Below are positions 27,601 through 40,310 of a DNA stretch of 64,000 nt, one piece after another. The position numbers and the translations under genes were made by a program. Below the pieces are notes generated by a model. It saw nothing but the letters and a program-made list of their open reading frames with translations. It had not been told where the DNA came from and did no database searches. How positions within the stretch are numbered: position 1 is the stretch's first letter; each line of letters opens with the position of its first letter. Source of the stretch: the human T2T-CHM13v2.0 reference genome, Homo sapiens; NCBI RefSeq assembly GCF_009914755.1, contig NC_060942.1; one strand, written 5' to 3'.

Positions 27601-27974
27601 GCTATCTAAAATATTATTAGATATCTAAAATATCTTTTGTCATCTGTCATCATGACGGAACTTTTAATCTTAGAATTTTTTTTTGTAACTAAAATACTTG
27701 CATAGTGAGGAAAGCAAGAAGCCTGAAAACTGACATTCAGATATGAGCTCTGCCTCTTACTAATGTGTAAGCCAAATCATAAGCGAAATCATATCATGTG
27801 ACATTGTTATAAAAGGAACTGTGTATACATGTTACACAATACATGGAACACAATGAAATGGCAATGTTGTGATATTTAGTAGAAATGGCAATGTAGTGAT
27901 ATTTCACTACATGAAATACACATGTAGTGAGACATGATTCTATCTCTAGTCTGCACTCTCTCTATATTATCTCT

Positions 27975-28120
27975 GATTCTCTGCAATAACCCATTTTACA
28001 GATAAGGGATCTGAAGGACTGAGAGGTTTCATGATTTGCCTGAAGTCTTCCAGCTGGCAAGTAGGGGAGCCACATTCATGCCTAGATCCTTCAACCCCAA
28101 AGTCCATGCAGGGAGGAAAC
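27975..28120 (-). mobile_element. MIR
   Basis: 'cccattttacagataagggatctgaaggactgagaggtttcatgatttgcctgaagtc..cagctggcaagt'. Confidence 0.75.
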
Positions 28121-28688
28121 CCTATGCTATATTTCCTTCTCAATAATTGATAGCTATCCTTTGAGGCTGAATCTCCTGTAATAGATAAATATTCACAGGA
28201 AGGCTAGCACCAGCCTAGTTCCTGCTCAGGAAAGCATCCTGGGGAGTCCCTTAGCAGTAAACCTAAGATGCATCTGAGGGGAGAACTACCCAAGTGCTCC
28301 ACAATTAGGGAGAGTTGAAAAGGGAGGTACAAGGACCCAAAAGTGAACTGTGGATCTGTCCTAATTTCCCCTCACTATTTACCACTATTTGCCCCCATAA
28401 ACTAGAAGGAAAGTGAGAGCCTCCCAAGTTGAGTAAAATAATTATTCTCAGAGAATTGACCTAAAGAGCCAGTGCCACGCCTGAGCAGCCTGGGAAGCCC
28501 TTGGCCTCAGCTGGACAATGGAGATGAGGCCACGGGGGCCTTGGGACCACACCTTGGCCACGGATCCCTATCTTCTCCATCCTTTCAGACACTGAAGAGC
28601 TATGGGAGCGGGAAAAAACACAAAGTTAGGATGGCGAGCACAGACCATTGAAGACAGAGCATTCTCTGTTTCTATTTATACCTTTTAG

Positions 28689-28745
28689 GCTCCCCCTTTC
28701 CTGTAATTGAAATGTGGGTCCTAAAAAAGCCGAGGGCAGGTAAGT
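28689..28745 (+). other. Candidate exon ending in a consensus 5' splice site, probably non-coding
   Basis: Acceptor 'ctatttatacctttTAG' (AG 28687-28688) and donor CAG|GTAAGT (GT 28740-28741) give a 51-nt exon; alternative acceptor 'ccatcctttCAG' at 28588. Confidence 0.3.
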
Positions 28746-28950
28746 GAGCAGTCTACACGAGAGCGGACTCGCCCGGGATGACCCGGAGCAGTCAGGGTCC
28801 AGCCACCGGCCACGGCCCCCTGCAGCCGGGGCCAGCCCTGCGCGGCTGCCGCAGCCTCCACCACCTCCTGGAAAGCAGCAGCCGGGCGAGAATGAAAGTG
28901 ACTTCCACAATCGGCCGCCCACGGGATAAGCGCAAGCACTGGTCTCGATG
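28731..28950. promoter_or_regulatory. Small orphan CpG island (putative promoter or enhancer)
   Basis: 19 CpGs counted in 220 bp of GC-rich non-repeat sequence, in an otherwise CpG-depleted AT-rich window. Confidence 0.7.
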
Positions 28951-30237
28951 ATTAATATGGATTTTCAAAATACCAGTTCTTGAGGGAAAGCACATTATTA
29001 GTGGTAGAAGCAGCCGTAGGAATAATAAACTATTTAATTTGAATTTGCTTTAGGTTCGCAGTCCGTGCACTAACACCGTGCGTTCTTACTGATGCCTCTC
29101 GCCCAGGTTTTCACTTCTTTAGCTGTGACCTGCTATTCAGTCTATTAAATCTCCTTCCTAAATCCCCAAACTCATTCGAGGCCTCCGTCATTTTCTCCCT
29201 CCCCTTCAAACCTACCTTTTTAAAGCCCTTTTTTCCTCCATTTGTTCTCTAAACAAAACTGCAGCCGTTGCCACACGTCTTTTGCAGATGCTGCTAGCAA
29301 CAAATTATTCCCCACGGGTTTTAGCTAGGATTTCACCCTGTTCCATTTGGCTCTCAGGACACATTTGTTGAACTCGAAAGCATTTTAACTGCCTTTCTCT
29401 CTCTCTTTCTTTCCTAGTGAAAACTCATAGCAGCAAACTCTTTCTCTCCCTAGAGCAACTGACAGGCCCCAGAAATAAAGGAACAGAGGGATTAAAAAAA
29501 AAATCTGTGAAACAAAGCTTTGATACTTGACCCATTTAGTTACTATCTTTAACCGCAATTCTATATTTTTATTTCATTTCTGCTATTGTTTCATTTAAAG
29601 ACCTGTATTTATATTCAGTTGGTAAATAATGCCAATAGGGCACTACTTGACCTCTCATAGTGACCCTGAAGTTAACTCCTGAATCTATAGTGACCCTGAA
29701 GTTAATCTCAACTTAATATTTTACTTATGTTTGGAAAATCTCAATAGCTCTTTTTTTTTAACTTTTCCCATATACTCAGAACTGTAAATAAACAATTCTA
29801 CAGAAAGTTTTGTTGTTTATATTCTGTTTTCACTTTGTTTTGTCTTGCTGTTCTGCATGTTAAGCACAGAGCGAAAAGATAAAGCCACCACAGAAGAAAA
29901 CTAGTTATTTGAATACGACAATGGCTGGAAATGGAGTAGGCGCTGCTCATGTTCACCTGTTTCTCATGGTTTTGTGTAAACTCATATTACATAGCGTTTA
30001 TTTTCTGATGCAAGTGATTAACCCCCACGCTCCTGAAAATTTAGCATAGGCATACATTTTCACGTAATTGGGAGGAGGTTTAAAGCATGTATCCCATTTG
30101 TAGACATACTATGAATCCATGGGCCGTGGCTTAAGGACTCCAACACAGATATGATCCCTGCTGAGTAACAAATTCAGTATCTGAGTCAAACATGCTCAGG
30201 CACCTGGCTCTTTCTCTACAGAGTCAGAACATCCAGT

Positions 30238-30292
30238 CATATATATACACACATACACATACATATATATATACATACACATACATACACAC
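30238..30292. repeat. Mixed (TA)/(CA) microsatellite
   Basis: Direct reading. Confidence 0.85.
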
Positions 30293-31509
30293 AAATAAGG
30301 GAAATAACAGTGTGGTTGTAGCTCTAAAAATATTTAAGAAAATTAATTGCAACCGAATCCCTGGAGATTTCTGGAAGAGCTATTTTGCTGTCCTCAGTAG
30401 GATGCACTACAAAGTCCATAGAAAGAAGGCTAAGAATGAGAAATTGAGTGCTGCCTTTTAAAGTTCCTAGAAAAAAACGAGCCATGACTACTATGGCCAC
30501 TGCTGGTGAATGTTTCTGTGGAGCCTAGCACAGAGTTCTGTCCCAGCAGGCACTCTGTAAGTGTTGATTAACTGACACAAACTAGGAGAGTAAAACGTGT
30601 CAATGGCCAAGATCCAACAGGCAAGTTAGTTACCCAGAGGGGGTGAGTTAGAGCTTCCAGTGGTGGAACAGAGCAGAAAGTTGCAGAGAGAGTCCCTAAT
30701 TGCTTTAAGGGCTATTATCCCCCACCCTTTACAAAGGGTCACGTAGAAGCAAAAATAGGGTGAGAATTCATCCTGGACACTGGCACACTGACTTTTAAGT
30801 TTACCTCAACAACCTTGTTCTAAGATAAGAGTTTTTATTTTCCTAAAATAATTTGCAACTTGTTACATGTTAATTATTACTTACTGCAATGGCTTTCTGG
30901 CACCATGAAGTTATAAAAGGTCAAGCTGCATCAGTATAAGAACAACCATGACAAAAACGACTTTAAAACATGAAACGTGGTGCAGCCTCACTTATTGGAG
31001 CATTCAAAGAGAGCCTGAAAGCTTTATCAGAGATAAACTAGAAGGTCGTGGTAGGATGTGGAATTAAGCAGCATGTAAAATCTCCTGAAATCTAAAATTT
31101 CCGAATTCTTTAAACCCCAACTAGTCCAACAGAAAATATGAATGACATATGTTCTGATTCACCACTCCTTGTAGTCCTATAGTACAATGAAAATATGTGA
31201 TCTGTAAAAGGTTCTTTCTAGCCCCCTCTTTCTACTTCATTTACCTCTTAAAAAAAATAGGTCACAATGGCTAACTCCTTAGGAAGTGGTCAAGAGGGGA
31301 AGAAATAAGAGAGATATTATGAGAAAAAGAAAAGATACCCAAAATATCTGAATTATGTGCTCAAAACTGAGTTAATAAATGCATGAATGAATGATCTTAG
31401 AAACTCTTGGAAACACAAAGTGCTCTGAGAGGACAGTCATTGGATACCAAGGGATGCAGATAGTATTACTGTGCTCAGAATCAGAAGCATATGAAAAAAT
31501 ACTTCTTCA

Positions 31510-32170
31510 ATCAATTTTTAACTCAGGTAATTACTGAGCACATTATTGAATAACAGGAATTATATTAGGTCCTTAAGATATATAGATTATTAACATAGAG
31601 CCCAGCACCAAGATATCCACAGAATAATGGGGAAGTAACATATTAAAAAAATCCTGGCAATGTTAAGTTTTTTCATGGTATCCTAAGTGCTAACAGTGTA
31701 CATGTTGCATAACACTTGATCAAAAATTTTGTTAAATGAATGAAGTGCTGTAATGGGTAACAAACACGTTTATGTAGAAATGGAAGTATTAAGCCTTTTG
31801 AGGTATCCAGGGGCGTTTCTTACAATGGAAGTACTGTTTGAACGGGTCCTAATAGCAATTTGAATATGATAAGAACCATGGAGGAAAAAAGAGAAGAAAT
31901 TCTGAGCAAAGGAAACAACTACATCCAAAGGCATGGAAGTTTGAAAAAACATGCAAATTAAAATGACTGCAAAGATTTCATCAGGACAGGACCATCAGAT
32001 GTATTAGGCGCAAGAACATTAGCTGAAGTTAGACAGAATTCGTGAGGTTATCTAAAGAAAACTCTTGAAGAGCATGAAAAGTGGATTTGAAGTTGAAATG
32101 CAGTGTTGAACGGTTAGTACACGTTTTCGAGCTGCACTGGTTACAATGAATAGAGATTAAATCTATCTAA
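31510..32170 (-). mobile_element. Degenerate L2 fragment(s)
   Basis: 'taattactgagcacattattg..caggaattatattaggtcc', 'gcaaaggaaacaactacatccaaaggcatggaagtttgaaa'. Confidence 0.55.
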
Positions 32171-32381
32171 TGCAGTAAGATGGTAGACATTACAACTTTT
32201 CAGTTTCCTCCAAGCCATGTAGGTTACTCTGAAATTCCAATCAGCATAAGGATCTCACTTATAACAATATTATGGAAGTGTGCTCACATCCGTCGTATTG
32301 GATTTTGGCTCAGATCTTATTATTGTTGTAAAAGCAAGGCCGAAGCATGAAAGCCTTGTATTTGAAACAGTGCATGGGTTT

Positions 32382-32852
32382 TGTTACCAAAACACGAGGG
32401 GTTCAGTCTTGGTCCAACTGCCCACAACACAGAAAGCCAATCACTGAGACAATGAGTATTTCCAAGGAAGAAGGCTTCATTCAGGTCCTGCAGCAGAGGA
32501 GATGGGAGATCAGTCTCAAATTCAGTTCAACCCACTAAAATTAGGAATTTATGTAGCAGGGAAGAAATGTAACCATATGAGGGAAAACAGAAATTAGAGA
32601 GGGGTAAGGAGATACTCCTGAGGAATAAGGAGTCTGGCATCTCATTATCCTCATGTGGTAATCTGGTAAGTTTCATTTCCTTGATACTATCTGGGAGGCC
32701 TGATCTTTGGTTTCCTGGGGAAAAAAAAAAAAAAAAAACTTGGATAAGACAAACGTAACTTTCTCACGTTTTAAGACTGGGAGGGTCAATTTCTATGTTT
32801 ATTCAAAAGAAGCCGTAGATATCAGCTCTATGGGACAACTGGGCCAGTTTAA
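32382..32852 (-). mobile_element. LOR1 (ERV1/MER4-group) solo LTR
   Basis: Minus strand reads 'aactggcccagttgtcccatagagctgat..gaataaacatagaaattgaccctcccagtcttaaaa' and ends 'gtctcagtgattggctttctgtg..ttttggtaaca'. Confidence 0.85.
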
Positions 32853-34808
32853 GTCTCTGTGGCCTGCGGAGTACATCGCAAACCTCTTGACATGGCTAGT
32901 CACAACCAAACTTTTATGTTTGATTCTCACTTACAGTCTTTATATATCTCATGTAGCTCCTTTCTCTAGTGATGGAAAAACAAAGTGTCAATGGCAAATA
33001 GGTTTCTCAAATTTAAATCCCTCTGTGAATCCCCTAAATTCTATAAAAATAAGTGGGTTTTTTTTTTGCTCTTCTCTATATAAAGTTACTTTTATCACAG
33101 CTGTTCTATTAAGCAATCTAGAGTCCTTTTACTATAAGCTGAACTACATCAGTGAGAATAGACAGGAAAATGTGTCCACTATCACCTGGACACTGAGCAG
33201 TTAACTCCTAAGTATGAGTAAAACAAGGTGAATATACAGAACCCAGATCCAGACATGTGGTGGAGTCATTTTAAAGAAGAAAATCCTGTCTTCTGGGCAA
33301 GGTATAGACACCCAGAACTCCCCAGAGCCCCAGGGTTTTTCTTTTGTTAGGAGAAAAGTATGTTTCTGGTTTAATCTCTCTAATTAAATAGCAACTCCTT
33401 CCCCAGCTCTGGAGGTGGTTACATCCAAAAGCAATAAAACCCAGGATTCCTTCACTTCAAGCATCCCCCTAGTTATCTGTCTTCTAGGTCACATATCACA
33501 GGAGAGAACCTTAGGGATGAATTTTTAAAAGGCAACGAGGCTTTTTCCTGTGAAGATGACAGATGTGTTATGTATTACATTGGACAATGACATAAGAATT
33601 TCCAGCATGAAAGACTCCTCCTATCCCATCGTACCCTCTTGAAATTATCAAAGATTTTAAGAATATTCATGTCCAATCTCTTAATGGTGCTGAGGCTGAA
33701 ACACTTGTGAAGATACCCAGGAGATTTTTAACAAAGTGCTGCAAGTAAAGTTCTTACTGTCAAAAAAAGAAAAGAAAAGAAAAGAAAAGAAAAACTTGGT
33801 AAAGCTTGCATATCTTGGATGGCGTTCCTGAAATGAAGACAAAAGTTCAAGATTGATTGGCTCCCATATTCTTGAGAAACTGAAACTTTTCCTAAGTTCT
33901 CAGGCATTACTCCTGGACTTTTATGTCAGTTCTTAGCTTAAACATTGCTTCTCAGAGTATGTGCTGTTTTCCATGCCTCGTACTCAGATATCAGTCTATA
34001 AACTTCGTAAGGATGGAAGTATAGAAACTTTGTCTGTCTTCTCTGTCAGCATTCAGCCCTTGACATGACATATAATAAGTACTTAACAATTTGGTTTACA
34101 AATGAACTATCAAATTCATGGTTTCTACAACAAGACAGGTAGGTTTTCTAGTTAAATATAGCTGGTTGTAGCATGGAGGAAGATAGGAGACAAATCACAT
34201 TTTTTCTTCAGTAAGGATGCCAACATGCCTTTTTCTTCCTTCTGTAGCAAGAAAATAAAATTATACTATCAGTAAGGAGGTTGAGGGGCTTTTGAATATA
34301 AGCTACTTAGTAAGCAAGATGCCTTCATTTCAAAATGATCGTATGATTTTCATAAAGCTTATCCTTGTGTTCTGTTTCACATTTTATTATTTTTTAAAAA
34401 TTTGCAATAGTTTCTTTTAGCAAAAGGTTTTCTATAATCAAGTGTATTAGAAATATATTCAACTTCAAGATATCCAACTGGGGATCAGACGTGGATCATC
34501 ACTGAGCAGAACCTGGCTCTACTCCACACATAAAAATTTCAAAGGGTTGGATGGTTTTCATGAAAGCCTGGCTGAATTTTTTTTTTTCTTGGACCTTAAA
34601 TGTTCCCAGCTTCTTTGACTAACCATAATTCTGTGATTGGCTTTAATCAAGGTATTTTTTAAAAACACTTGAAAGGAGATACTCTGTGTTTGGAATTTCA
34701 CTTCTATTCCTATATTTTAAGAAGTTTGAGAAATTGTATGTATTGTATTTGCTTAATTGTATGAATAAATCTTCTACTAAAAGCTAGACATTTGTCTGTT
34801 CTCATTAA

Positions 34809-34956
34809 CCAATTTATGCCAGCGGTTGCAATTTTTTGAATTTTTGCATGAGTGAAAAATCAGACCTTGATGATGACCTTGAGCAGTAGGATATAAATAA
34901 TTCCTACATACTGACATGCTTAGCATTCCAATAATGGAATGCCAGGCATAAGTGGG
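34809..34956 (-). mobile_element. MER85 (piggyBac/PGBD3-derived MITE), complete
   Basis: TTAA TSDs at 34805-34808 and 34957-34960; TIRs ccaatttatgcc and ggcataagtggg; internal 'ttgcaattttttgaatttttgca', 'gaccttgagcagtaggatataaataa'; palindrome ttccaataatggaa. Confidence 0.93.
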
Positions 34957-34990
34957 TTAATAACACTATACGGCTACAAAAAAATTTTAC

Positions 34991-35233
34991 TTTTGTTTTG
35001 TTCCGTTTTCTTTTGTTTTGAGACAGAATCTTGCTCTGTCACCCAGGCTGGAGTGCAGTGGCGCGATCTTGGCTCACTGCAATCTGCAACCTCTGCCTCC
35101 TGGGTTCAAGCAATCCTTCTGCCTCAGCCTCCTGAGTAGCTGGGATAACAGGCATGCCCCACCACGCCTGGCTAATTTTTGTATTGTTAGTAGAGATGGG
35201 GTTTCTCCATGTTGGCCAGGCTGGTCTCAAACT
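34991..35233 (-). mobile_element. 5'-truncated AluS
   Basis: Right arm plus part of the left arm; stops at 'ggctggtctcaaact'. Confidence 0.88.
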
Positions 35234-35501
35234 TACTTTACTGTTTTGTTTTGCTTTGTTTTGTTTTTATCAAGTCAAGTGGTGCAATTATTAATTGCCA
35301 GTATATATTTAGAAAACAAAACTAAGACACAAACAAGCAAAAAACAGATAAATTCTGCGATATTTTATGGCATTCCTCACAGATCAATATTCTGTACTCT
35401 TTGTATCTTTGTGAATAAATTTGATAATCAGAATTGTAAAGCTAGATACAATTTAGAGAAAAGAAGCTGAAGATCTGTAATTTTAGCAATGAGGAAACTG
35501 A

Positions 35502-35855
<354 letters not shown>

Positions 35856-37545
35856 GGACTGAAGGTATTTTCCAGGTCCCAAAGTTACTTTCCAACTGAG
35901 CTTGTACTGGCACATGGGTAACATCCCACAATGTCTCACAGTTATGAGACTGCAGAAAGCTCCATGAGTCTTTGCCAGATGCCCTTGTTTAAAACACTTA
36001 CCCTTGCACTGAGGCTCGTGTCTCCAATGTAGCCCTAACAGGGGCCTGTGTCCTCAGAACTTGGCCTCTTCTTATCCTCCTTCTACACCTCACCTTGCTT
36101 CATTTTACTCTGCATTCCTCTCATGCTGGCTTTCCAATATCGTTGGAGAAGCTGAATCACTTGGCTCTCAGAGAGCAAACATGCTCTTCTTAGAATCCAC
36201 CCTCGATGCAGTCCTGAACTTCTTAACTCTTAATCATCACTTGAATTTTAGCAACATAATCCACTTCTCAATGAAGTTTTCTTCAATGGTGTTGTTCCCA
36301 AACATTTTCACCTTATGGTGTCAAAAAGCACCCTGCAGTAAAATGAGAACACTGCTCAGAAGAGAGGCAACTGTCTATGGGGCTCCATCTAACCTGGGAC
36401 CATCCAGTCACCCTTGAGGTGAGGGTATCAAATGCTGAACACTCCTGTAACCCATTTATATCCCACAGCTCAGAGATGGAAAATATTGCTAGCCATTCAC
36501 TCTCCTCCAGTAGGTCAAAACCTAATTATCCTGTCTTATGGCCTCATGTGCCTGTTAGCACTTTGTAGAGTCAGGATTTTGCCTTTAGGCTGTTCATCTC
36601 ATGGAAGCAGGACCATTGTCAATTTCTGTTCCTTCTTATAGCTCTAGAAGCCATACACTCTTAGTATTTGTTGAATAAATTAATGAAAGCTCAAAATACC
36701 CAGAGTCCCACACTAGGACATGAGAGAAGTGGGATATAAACCACGGCTGCCTAGATTTAGAGACTATATTCTTATAACACACTATGTTTCCTTTCCAACA
36801 CATTTTGTAAACATTGTTAGGGAAAAAACATTAAATATACATTCTCAATATGAATTTTTAAAATCCTGTTATTCTTTAGTTACCCTGGAATTTTGAGTAA
36901 CTAGAAACTCCCATCTGTGAATATTCTTAGCTATCAATATTTTACTACACTTCTGCAAGTTAGTTTTGCTGCCTCCCGTGCCCCACGCAATGTGCTATGA
37001 TATGCATCTACAAAAATATATGTCATGAATAACTCAGTGAGGCTGAGCTTTTGTCCATCTGTAATTGGACTTAATTAACAGCAGTGATCACAGAGCAACT
37101 ATGGCTTGTACCCCTCCTAAAATCTGGAGACTGGGTTTATTGGAACCTACTCCCAGGCTTGTTCTTAGCCCTGGTATGAAAAATGGAAAGTTTACTTTTT
37201 TGCCCTTTCTCTTTTGTTTTCTTGACAATTTGTCTGTTGAGGATGTGTCTTCTCTAGGGCCTTGCCTAACCACACTACTCTCATCCATTCTATAACTACT
37301 CTTCTGCTGCCTCCATCCTCTTATGACCATGGGGCAGGGAGTGGGGGGACTTTATGTTAAGGTGTACATGACCCATTAACATAAAACATACATTCTTTTA
37401 AATATGCTTAATACAAAGATGTAAAATGTATTGAAATCCATTTTAGATTTTCACTCATTCAAAGTGGAGACCAGTTTAGGGATTCATTTTAGGGCTGGGG
37501 GCTGCCTCCCAAAGGCCCTTCGAATCAAATTGCACCCAGGGCTGG

Positions 37546-37559
37546 CCACCAGGGGCCAC
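37546..37559 (+). promoter_or_regulatory. CTCF-like motif
   Basis: tggCCACCAGGGGCCAC, one mismatch at a conserved G. Confidence 0.35.
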
Positions 37560-38129
37560 GTCAGTGCTGTGCATGTCCTAGAGACAATAAAAAAAATCTT
37601 GCAGTGCATTTCCCACACTCTTTCACAGAGCCCAGATCCATTATGTTTCTTCTCTGTCTATTGCTTACTTTCAAATTCCCTTTTACCCTTTAATTATGCT
37701 CCTTTTGGGAGAAGTTAAAAAACATTTCTGAAGAATAATGACAGAAAGGAAGGGGAGAAAGGTATTCCCTTTGAAGAGAACTTTCCCAATCTTTTTTTTT
37801 TGTCTTCCATAGGAATCCCAGCTGTATGCTTACTGTGTGTCTGTATACACACATTTGAGAGAAGGGCAGACAGATGAGGGGATGGCAGAAAAGGATGGTC
37901 CCTGGGACCGTGAAGTAACTTTAATAAAAGGCCATTGTGTTTAGGAATGAATGTATGTGTGTGAAAGAGAAAGAATAGAGACAGAAAAATTGTGAGAGGA
38001 GAGATGAAAAAGATTTTAAAAAACTGAAAGAAAAGAGGGGGAGGGAAAGGGAAAAAAGGAAAAGAGGGATGGAGGCACAGGAGAGGTAAAGAGACAGAGA
38101 CAGAGGTTAGCGCTATCTCACCTGGGACG

Positions 38130-38900
38130 ACCCTAATGGTAAATTTATAATAAGGAGATGAGGCTGCTGAATGATTTACTGCTAATCCCATAGCAAGAGC
38201 AGGAGGAGGTGAAGGAACAAAGGTTTACAGTCCCTTTGGAGATTTGTTTCATCTGCACATCAGCCCACAATTAATGGCCATTTAGCTGTTTTTCTCCTGC
38301 TGGACACTGGTGGATTGATTCAGTAAATAAAAGTGACAGAGCGATGTCCCACGGAGGCAGGTGGCGGAGTCTCTGCACCTGTTATTTGTGAATCTCGGCT
38401 TGCCAGGTCGTTGACCTTTAGAAGCTGGCAAAAATTAATAAGTGAAAGCACAAAGCTGCTTGCTTTTAAAAATGCAACCAGAGGACCCAGGCAGAGTTGG
38501 GCTGCCTTTTTAGGAAGTGGCCAGAAATCTCTGCATAGTTACCACCTCTCAATCCTCAGACCAGGAGCACCCACAGGAAGTAAGGCTGCTCCTCCAGTGT
38601 CTCTTAGCCAGTCTCACCATGTGGCCCAAGATGGCCCAGGGAAGTGGAAGTGTGGAGATCCTTGGGGAGCGGAAAACCGCAGCTCATGCTGCCAGATTGG
38701 GATTCGGCCTGTCCTGTTCTTCCGGAAGCAGTTTGGGGACAGTTGTGAGTAGGTGGTGAGTGGCCCAGCCAAACTGGGCTAGCGCATCTGAGCAGCTGTG
38801 CTTGGCATGGTGATCTGGTGAGCAAACAGCTGCAGTGGATAGCTGATCATTTGCAAATAGTTAATGACAGATTTGTCCTTTGTGTTCACTGCCATAGGAG
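38130..38900. promoter_or_regulatory. Putative developmental enhancer block
   Basis: Repeat-free, retains CpGs, clustered TGATTTAC, TAATCC, TAATGG, GTAAATA, TGACAG x2, CAGCTG x2, CATCTG, CCTTTGT. Confidence 0.35.
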
Positions 38901-39168
38901 GGGAATAAAATGAAAGAGAGGGAGAGTCAGGCCAGGGGATTTTATAGCTGCTGCTACTGCGATTGCTGTTGTTATTGTGGTTGTTTTGAAAGTGACAAGA
39001 AGGTCCAATGAAGTTAACAGGCTTTGCTTCTCTCCTAAGCAAACTGCCTCCCAATGGAATCCAGTTCATGGGTGTGGGCATATCACGGTGTTCAATGAAC
39101 ATACGGCTGATATGTCCTAAATCAAGATGCATTAACCTGGTATACAAAAACAAACAGACAAGCAACCA

Positions 39169-39210
39169 TTTTCCTTTTCCTTCTTTCCTTCCTCGTTTCT
39201 CTTTCTTTCC

Positions 39211-39265
<55 letters not shown>

Positions 39266-39340
39266 TTCTTTCTTTCTTTCTTTCTTTCTTCTTTCTTTCT
39301 CTTTCTTTTCTTCTTCTTTCTCATTCTCTCTCTCTCCCCT
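39169..39340. repeat. (CTTT)n-based polypyrimidine tract
   Basis: ~170 nt with only two purines; core tetranucleotide array. Confidence 0.95.
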
Positions 39341-39684
39341 GTTTTTTGTAACTTGGCTTTTTATTATTTATTTCTCAGTAAATTACAGTCGTCTAGCAAA
39401 CATAATTAGCCTTTGTTTGCCATGCAGATGAGGAAAAGCCTGGATTTGTTTAAATGAGTTACTGAGCATTAAACAGTGCACTCAATTCACCTGTGGGTGT
39501 TATCTGAGTGATTATAAAGGACACTTGCCCTATTATGTCCCTAAATAGAATTGCACCATTAGCAATGCATTCATCTGAGTTAAGGTATTTCAGGTTTAAA
39601 GAGTCTTCCTTTAAATGGCTAATTCCCCTGGGATGTAACTCACTTGTTTTATTGTAGTGCAACTAATCCATCAGCAAGGCCTAG

Positions 39685-40310
39685 AAACCCTGTCTCCAAA
39701 ATATGTGCTGAATCTGGCCACTTCCATTTCTGCTGCTATCAAACTAGCCAAGCCATTATTGTGCCTCGTCTGCATTTTTGCATCATGCTCCTAACTTGTC
39801 TCACTTTTTCCTCATTACCCCTTTGCCATCCATCCTCCACCTGTAACCCAAGATATCCTTTAAATCAAATTATGCCACTGTTTTAAAATATCCAGCAGTT
39901 TTCCAAGTGCTTAGAATAAAATTCAAACTACTTACCATGCCCCGCAGCCTGGAACTTTAACTCTTACCACTCACTCACTCTCACCTACTCAATATTATCT
40001 AGCCCCTAGAAAGCATTCTTGCTTTTCCATTAACCTGAGAAGCTTGTTCTTACCTCAGCAACTTTGGCCTTGTTATTTCTTCTCTTTTGCATTATCGTTC
40101 GAAGATCTTCACATGGCTGACTCCTTCTCAATATTCAGGTACTAGCTAAAACGTCATCCATCAGGAAAGACGTTCCCTGACCTCCTTGTCTAAAGTAGAC
40201 CTCTTTCTGCAGTTAATGTTGCAATGCTTTGATTTTCTGGTTATCTCCATCACTGAGAACAATATCCCATATAAAGTGAGGTTCTGCAAGTCTTACTTGA
40301 ATAAAGAAAT
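39685..40310 (+). mobile_element. L2 (L2a-like) 3' region
   Basis: 'ccaaaatatgtgctgaatctggccacttccatttctgctgcta', 'cttagaataaaattcaaactacttaccatg', 'agatcttcacatggctgactccttctc'. Confidence 0.75.

Noticed and set aside
28626-28995. Pro/Gly/Ala-rich ORFs over the CpG island
   Set aside because: Short, overlapping on both strands, explained by GC content; no recognisable domain
34870-34914. Box C (ATGATGA) and box D (CTGA) suggesting a C/D snoRNA
   Set aside because: Only 45 nt, no terminal stem, and lies inside MER85
38779-39409. 181-aa and 133-aa ORFs
   Set aside because: Length comes from the stop-free (CTTT)n tract (KKER / FFLS repeats)
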